From positions 18,416,001 to 18,480,000 of the forward strand of contig NC_087250.1 in NCBI RefSeq assembly GCF_037042905.1: 64,000 nucleotides of DNA, in the 5' to 3' direction. Of this stretch, positions 59,301-64,000 are shown one piece after another. Source of the stretch: Lytechinus pictus (lineage: Eukaryota). The position numbers and the translations under genes were made by a program. Positions within the stretch are counted from its first letter, which is position 1. Each line of letters begins with the position of its first letter. The notes under the pieces are model-generated. The model had not been told where the DNA came from and did no database searches. It worked only from the letters and a program-made list of their open reading frames with translations.

Positions 59301-62300
59301 TTAAAATTTATATACCACACTGAGAATCTGCAAAGCATGTTACACATTCATTTTCTTCTCATATATTATAGTTCATGATATCTATTAACTAGTCATCCAC
59401 AAACTAATGATGAACCTCGCTCATTTTAGTCTTTTTCGTCTTACATTTTTTTTGGTCAAGTTACACAACCTCGAATGACATCGCATGAATTATGAACACG
59501 CATGCACACTCCACAAGAGAAACTTCTAGTAAAACTTATGCCACAATCAGGCGCGGATCCAGAGAAGGACTTTATTTCATTTCAGACTTTTTCCTGTCTT
59601 CGATTTCTTTCTTTAGTTTATTTCCAGAGTTGGACTACATCCGGGGTGTGAATCGTCCCAAAAATTTGACAAGCAAAAAAAAAAAATGAAAAAAGTTCAT
59701 CATTCATGTTACTGGGTGCATAATGAAGCAATGAAGGTATTCTATGTGGAGCATCATTATATTTTTAAATATTAAGAGAGTGCCTGCACCTTCCGCCAGC
59801 CCCCTGGATCCGCGCATAGCTGATTGAATTTTGGTTTTCTTGAAAGCATTCTTCCATCCACTGAGAACCAAGAAGAACAGTTACCCTATGTGTGGTACGT
59901 TGGGTTCACACGCAACTTCGCGTAATAACCAAAAGTACTTCCATCTCGCTTTCAACACCTGAAGTCATGCCTTCAGTCAACCCTAACTGTAGAAAGCCAA
60001 CAATGCCCATATCTAAAATGCATTTTAGTTCAAAATGTTTTCTAGATATGATGTATATTCATAAATTCATAGCTTTCTTGAGAATTTGGTGTGTTTGTGT
60101 GTGTTAACTTTGCAAATGTCCTGCAGAAAAAATTATGACACCGACGGATTTCCATAGAGTTACAATAGATTGGATCAATCGCAACACTTTGTAAGACGGG
60201 GCCCTGATCTGTTTCTTGATTTGCTTTCATAAATTTGCTATTGATTGCAAATATTTTTCTACAACACCTCCCAAGATTGGCTCCAGTACCACCTGTGTAA
60301 AGTCTATTGAACTTAGAGAATTCTGAAAGTGACAGATTTCACAGGGCAAGTGCATTTCTGGCTCTCAGCGGATGACTTTAAGAACCAGATGGAGCGACAT
60401 ACATGTACCTCTTACCATCGACAGGAACCCCCAGGGAAGCCAACAGGCACTCCGCAGCAAAGTTCTTGGCCTGGTCCGGGGTCTGGCAAAGTTTCTGGGG
60501 TGTGAGACCATCGGGATAGTTGGCCATTAGACCAGGAACTGTCACCTGAAGAAAGAAAGGAAATAGAGAGTTCCATTGAAATGCTGGCATAGTAGAATGG
60601 GGGCTATGGACAAGTAATGGATAGACTAGACCAGTTCTTGGCCTGGTCTTGGGACTGGCGAAGCTTCTTTGGTGTGAGTCCATCAGGACAGGTGGCCATT
60701 AGACCTAGAATCGTTACCTTGAAGAGAGAAAGAAAGACACAGAGAGTAGAAAAATAATGCTGAAAGGACGCAAACATTCTTTGGAAATGTTGGCACTGGT
60801 GATGGGGGTAACAGCCAAGTGAGTCTACCGGTAGACCAGTTCTTAGCCTGATCAGTGGTCTGGCAAAACTTCAAGGGTGTTATAGTAGGTCATTATACCT
60901 CCGACTGTTATCTGGACAATAAAGAAAACGTGCAGATACATGTAATTTCTGTTGAAATTTTGTTATTAGTCATAGAATGACCAAGTTCTTGGATTGCCAG
61001 GTCCGAGGTTTCACAAAAACAACTATTTGCAATAGTGATCTCATCGTGTAGATGAAGAGATGGATGTCACTAGTGGGTCAATGGGAAAGGAAGGCTATAA
61101 AAAGTGAATATAACAATATAATACATTCCATGTGACACAAATTGACCAATCACAAGGCTTGTTCTACAATTATCATGCATTTAGTAAAATGCAATAGTGA
61201 TCTTACCTTATAGATGAAGAGCTGGACGTCACTGTTTGTACGATGCGAGAGGAGGGTGAAGTTTGGTGGTCCCCACTGATTCTTATTGCACAACTCCTCC
61301 AAGACCTACAGTAAAAGCACCAATCAGAAGGTTGATATACACATGTGGGATGTTATCAGAAACTAGCAAGCCATGCACTTTTCACTGAAAAGTTGCAACT
61401 CATCGCCTTCCCGCGCACTGCGCGTTGCCTCCCGCACAAAGGCCATTAGTGCGCACTGCACATTGCCTTCCCGCAGAAAGGCCATTAGCGTGCAGTGAAC
61501 AGTGCGCGCTAACGGCCTTTGTGCAGGAAGGCTGCAAACTGATTAATTAGTTTGCTTCTTGCATCGACAAGTATGAATTGACTTGCTTTTTACACAATCC
61601 AGGGCTAGAAATAAGAATTAAAAGGGACACAACCTTTTTTTTAAGGGCACTTAACAAGGGAAGGTGGTGCTCACTTTCTGGGGGCATCATAAGTGAAATG
61701 GGATGCATGCAATGGATTACTGCAGGGAACCATGCAAGGCCCACAGATATGAATGTCTTATGAGCTACATGTAGTAATCTACTTAAGATATGAAAACACT
61801 CGCTTTATACACACAGGAACATACATCAATGAATGATGGTAAATAGTGAAAATGTGCATGTACACAGTAGCATGACAAATTATTGGTAATCAGGACAAAA
61901 ATGAAAAGGAAAGGAAAAGAAAGGAGGGTTTGATGGTTATAAATAAAGATATATGTTTGGATGACATACATATGACTTTGCCCATCCCCTTAATTGCAGG
62001 GAACTCTCATAAACATTCTGTGCTTTTAAAGTGGGTTCCCTTTTATCATTTATGTATTTCACTTTTTGCTTTACATTGTAAATTTGTCAGCATTGTCAAG
62101 TCGTTATTCATTTTTATCATCTCATTTGAAAGCAAATCTACATCATTTAAAATTGATTCTAGCTGTAATAAATAAGCCACAGCTCAATGAAGAATCAATA
62201 AAATGATAACACATGCAAAATCCCCTCTACATATCCATGTATCGACAATCTATACAGTTGAGGTACTAGAAAAAAGAGCAAGTACAAAAAAGGAAGGAAT

Positions 62301-63492
62301 GAGGAAATATGATAATACGAAATGAAAAACTCAAAGCGATAAAAAAATATTGTATTTGTACATTTATTTCATAAAATAGGGTTAACATGCATGTAGCAGA
62401 AATGTTAGTAAATATTCTGGTTTCATATATAATCTGTGATTTGTGGACATGTCGTGGTCTAGTGGTTCTCCTGCCTTTCAAACAGAGGGTCGTGGGTTTG
62501 AATCCTAGCCATGGCGTGTTTTCCTGGCTTCAGCAAGAAATTTATCCACACTGTGCTGCACTCGACCCAGGTGAGGTGAATGGGTGCCCAGCAGGATAAA
62601 TTCCTTGAATGCTTCAACGCCTACATGTACATGCCAGCACAGCTAAAGCCGGGGTAATGATAGTAACGCTTTGTATACTCAGGCAAATAGCACTTTATAA
62701 ATCCAGCTATTATTATTATTCAATGGGTGAATGTAAACCATGGACGATCCAATAAACTAGAGGGCTGCTGTGAAACTGGCCTATATTTTGGCAGAGGATG
62801 CAGCTTTTGTCTTTGCCTTTATGAGTCTGATACTCTTATGCAAAACATCAGCCATAGTCTAATGAGAAAGACTAGATGCACAATGGCTATGTAACAAAAA
62901 ACCTGGAGAGAATCCTAGTCGAGACACAAACGATGAGAACGCGAGACCTACTTTACATCTATATCAGCCGTATTGCTGACGTTTCACGTAACAACATCAG
63001 TCTCCTACAGGCAAAGACAAAATGTCCAGATTACATGCTACTGTTGAATATGAGAAGTAGAGGTGTTGTGGCTCAGTCTCCTGACTCTGAACCACAGGGT
63101 CGGGGGTTCAATTCCCATCACAGCACTTGTGTCCTTTGGCAAGGCGTTTATGTACATTTGCCACTCTCCACCCATGTGTAGTAGATGGGTACCTGGTAGG
63201 AAGGTACCCCTTGAATGTCTGATCAGGGTAGCCATGCTAAAGCAGTGGTAATAGTATACAGCGTTGTTTGTATTAAAGCGCTATATAATTGTTGCATATT
63301 ATTATTATATGAAATAATGTTATGTTAATATGAAAGTTAAGAAGTATGGATGGGTACTGGCAACCAATGTCATTCACACATAGAAAGTCTGCTTAAATGT
63401 TAGTATACCTGAATGTTATTTTTCTCTGGTTTAAGAGTTACGGGGTTCGTTGGGGTCAATTCCATTCCGGGAAGGAGGTCGAACAGGCGTGG
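53205..63492 (-). CDS. A1CF: A1CF/RBM47-family RNA-binding protein (APOBEC1 complementation factor-like), 3' portion; RRM exons expected beyond the right edge
   Basis: Phase-compatible exons 63409-63492, 61207-61305, 60416-60545, 55509-55649, 53205-53314. LFDLLPGMELTPTNPVTLKP...VLEELCNKNQWG...QLFIYKVTVPGL...TPQKL...AKNFAAECLLASLGVP closely parallels the A1CF C-terminal dsRBD-like region as I recall it. Confidence 0.88.
54095..54307. mobile_element. MITE (AAGTTAAGAGCGACTTT family)
   Basis: gtttcataaaagctg / cagctatatgaaacggcccc. Confidence 0.72.
54741..54891. mobile_element. Harbinger-like MITE with near-perfect TIRs
   Basis: CAGGGGCCCGTTGCAGAAAGAGTGGC / GCCACTCTTTCTGCAACGGGCCCCTG. Confidence 0.88.
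55125..55503. repeat. ~140-bp diverged tandem repeat (3 copies) abutting the donor of exon 55509-55649
   Basis: accccta.aatgaaa..gcattcca..aatagggg..aa.gtg at ~55128, ~55265 and ~55412. Confidence 0.75.
55509..55649 (-). CDS. A1CF: A1CF-like exon, Ser/Pro/His-rich tail
   Basis: 141 nt, ctAG/GTAGGA, phase 1 on both sides, open frame. Confidence 0.7.
57787..58010. mobile_element. Harbinger-like MITE (24854 family)
   Basis: cagggggcccgtcttacaaagagttgcgattgatcc start. Confidence 0.8.
58150..58446. mobile_element. AAGTTAAGAGCGAC MITE with a nested GGCCCGTAACACAAAG MITE (58219-58355)
   Basis: Both TIR pairs visible; the outer element is split by the inner one. Confidence 0.78.
59975..60207. mobile_element. 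Harbinger-like MITE (24854 family), left end decayed
   Basis: ends ctttgtaagacggggccctg. Confidence 0.75.
60416..60545 (-). CDS. A1CF: A1CF-like exon (VTVPGLMANYPDGLTPQKL...LGVPVDG), dsRBD-like C-half
   Basis: 130 nt, ttcAG/GTAAGA. Confidence 0.9.
60604..60930 (-). pseudogene. Two degenerate copies of the acceptor and 5' part of A1CF-like exon 60416-60545
   Basis: 60604-60717 reads VTILGLMATCPDGLTPKKLRQSQDQAKNWSSLSITCP*; ~60830-60911 reads ITVGGIMTYY then, in another frame, KFCQTTDQAKNW. Confidence 0.85.
61027..61095 (-). pseudogene. Degenerate copy of the 3' half and donor region of A1CF-like exon 61207-61305
   Basis: gcaatagtgatctcatcgtgtagatgaagagatggatgtcact vs gcaatagtgatcttaccttatagatgaagagctggacgtcact. 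Confidence 0.75.
61207..61305 (-). CDS. A1CF: A1CF-like exon (VLEELCNKNQWGPPNFTLLSHRTNSDVQLFIYK), dsRBD-like N-half
   Basis: 99 nt, tgtAG/GTAAGA. Confidence 0.9.
62445..62720 (+). mobile_element. tRNA-derived SINE, near full length
   Basis: gtggtctagtgg A-box, ggtttgaatcc B-box, shared core, (TAT)n tail. Confidence 0.88.
63060..63308 (+). mobile_element. tRNA-derived SINE
   Basis: gtggctcag A-box remnant, ggttcaattcc B-box, gtgtcctttggcaag..atgggtacc core. Confidence 0.8.
63409..63492 (-). CDS. A1CF: A1CF-like exon (PRLFDLLPGMELTPTNPVTLKPEKNNIQ)
   Basis: 84 nt, ctccAG/GTATAC. Confidence 0.9.
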
Positions 63493-64000
63493 CTGGAGTC
63501 GAAGGGACAGTTAGAGGAACAAAAGTACAGGAATAAACAAAGGAAAATACCAGAACATGTTAGTCCAAATTGTAGTATTATAGTCATAAATACGTATAAA
63601 TATATTATGAAATTGATTAGACAATATTAAGAGAGAAATAAATACAAAACACAACTGCCTGTAGGCAGGATACCCATATCAAGTTATTACAATGTTTCAT
63701 GAAATTGCTATGAATTGAGGTGGCAAGAGTTTTATGATGAAGTCTTGGAATTTGATAAGCTCATAGAAATTTGTAATCAACTTGTTGATAACAAGTACTT
63801 TTTCCTTGACAGAGCCTATAACCACGTGCAAAAACTGATCCTCATACATCTTGCATTTTGTACATATGAAATATTAAAGGAAAGAAGTTAATTTTTGTTT
63901 TTTCTTTTTGATAAAATTGTTTTAAAAGCCTTCTGCTTTAGTTCAATTGAATAAGGTAGTCAATGAATAATATTAACCATGCTTCAAAAACATATGGTTA

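Overview
AT-rich, intron-rich animal genomic DNA; the SINE/MITE repertoire and gene structure suggest an invertebrate deuterostome, probably a sea urchin (inference). Three spliced genes were reconstructed by hand from GT-AG junctions and reading-frame phase. (1) The 5' part of MASTL/Greatwall kinase on the minus strand, running off the left edge, with two candidate alternative first coding exons. (2) A complete 21-exon INTS11/CPSF3L gene on the plus strand (12989..42668; 1797 nt, 598 aa). (3) The 3' part of an A1CF/RBM47-family RNA-binding protein gene on the minus strand, entering from the right edge. Introns hold many tRNA-derived SINEs, non-autonomous DNA transposons (Kolobok-like, PIF/Harbinger-like, piggyBac-like, CAG-ended elements with 5-bp TSDs) and microsatellites. 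The last INTS11 intron contains a 4.8-kb foldback element with nested insertions, including a decayed Tc1-like transposase with DD38E spacing. The most striking unexplained pattern is repeated local duplication of exon edges together with their splice sites: about 7 exons in two genes, including an 8-unit array built from the 3' half of INTS11 exon 16 plus its donor. Where the duplicated sites are intact and I traced the frame, their use would introduce a premature stop.
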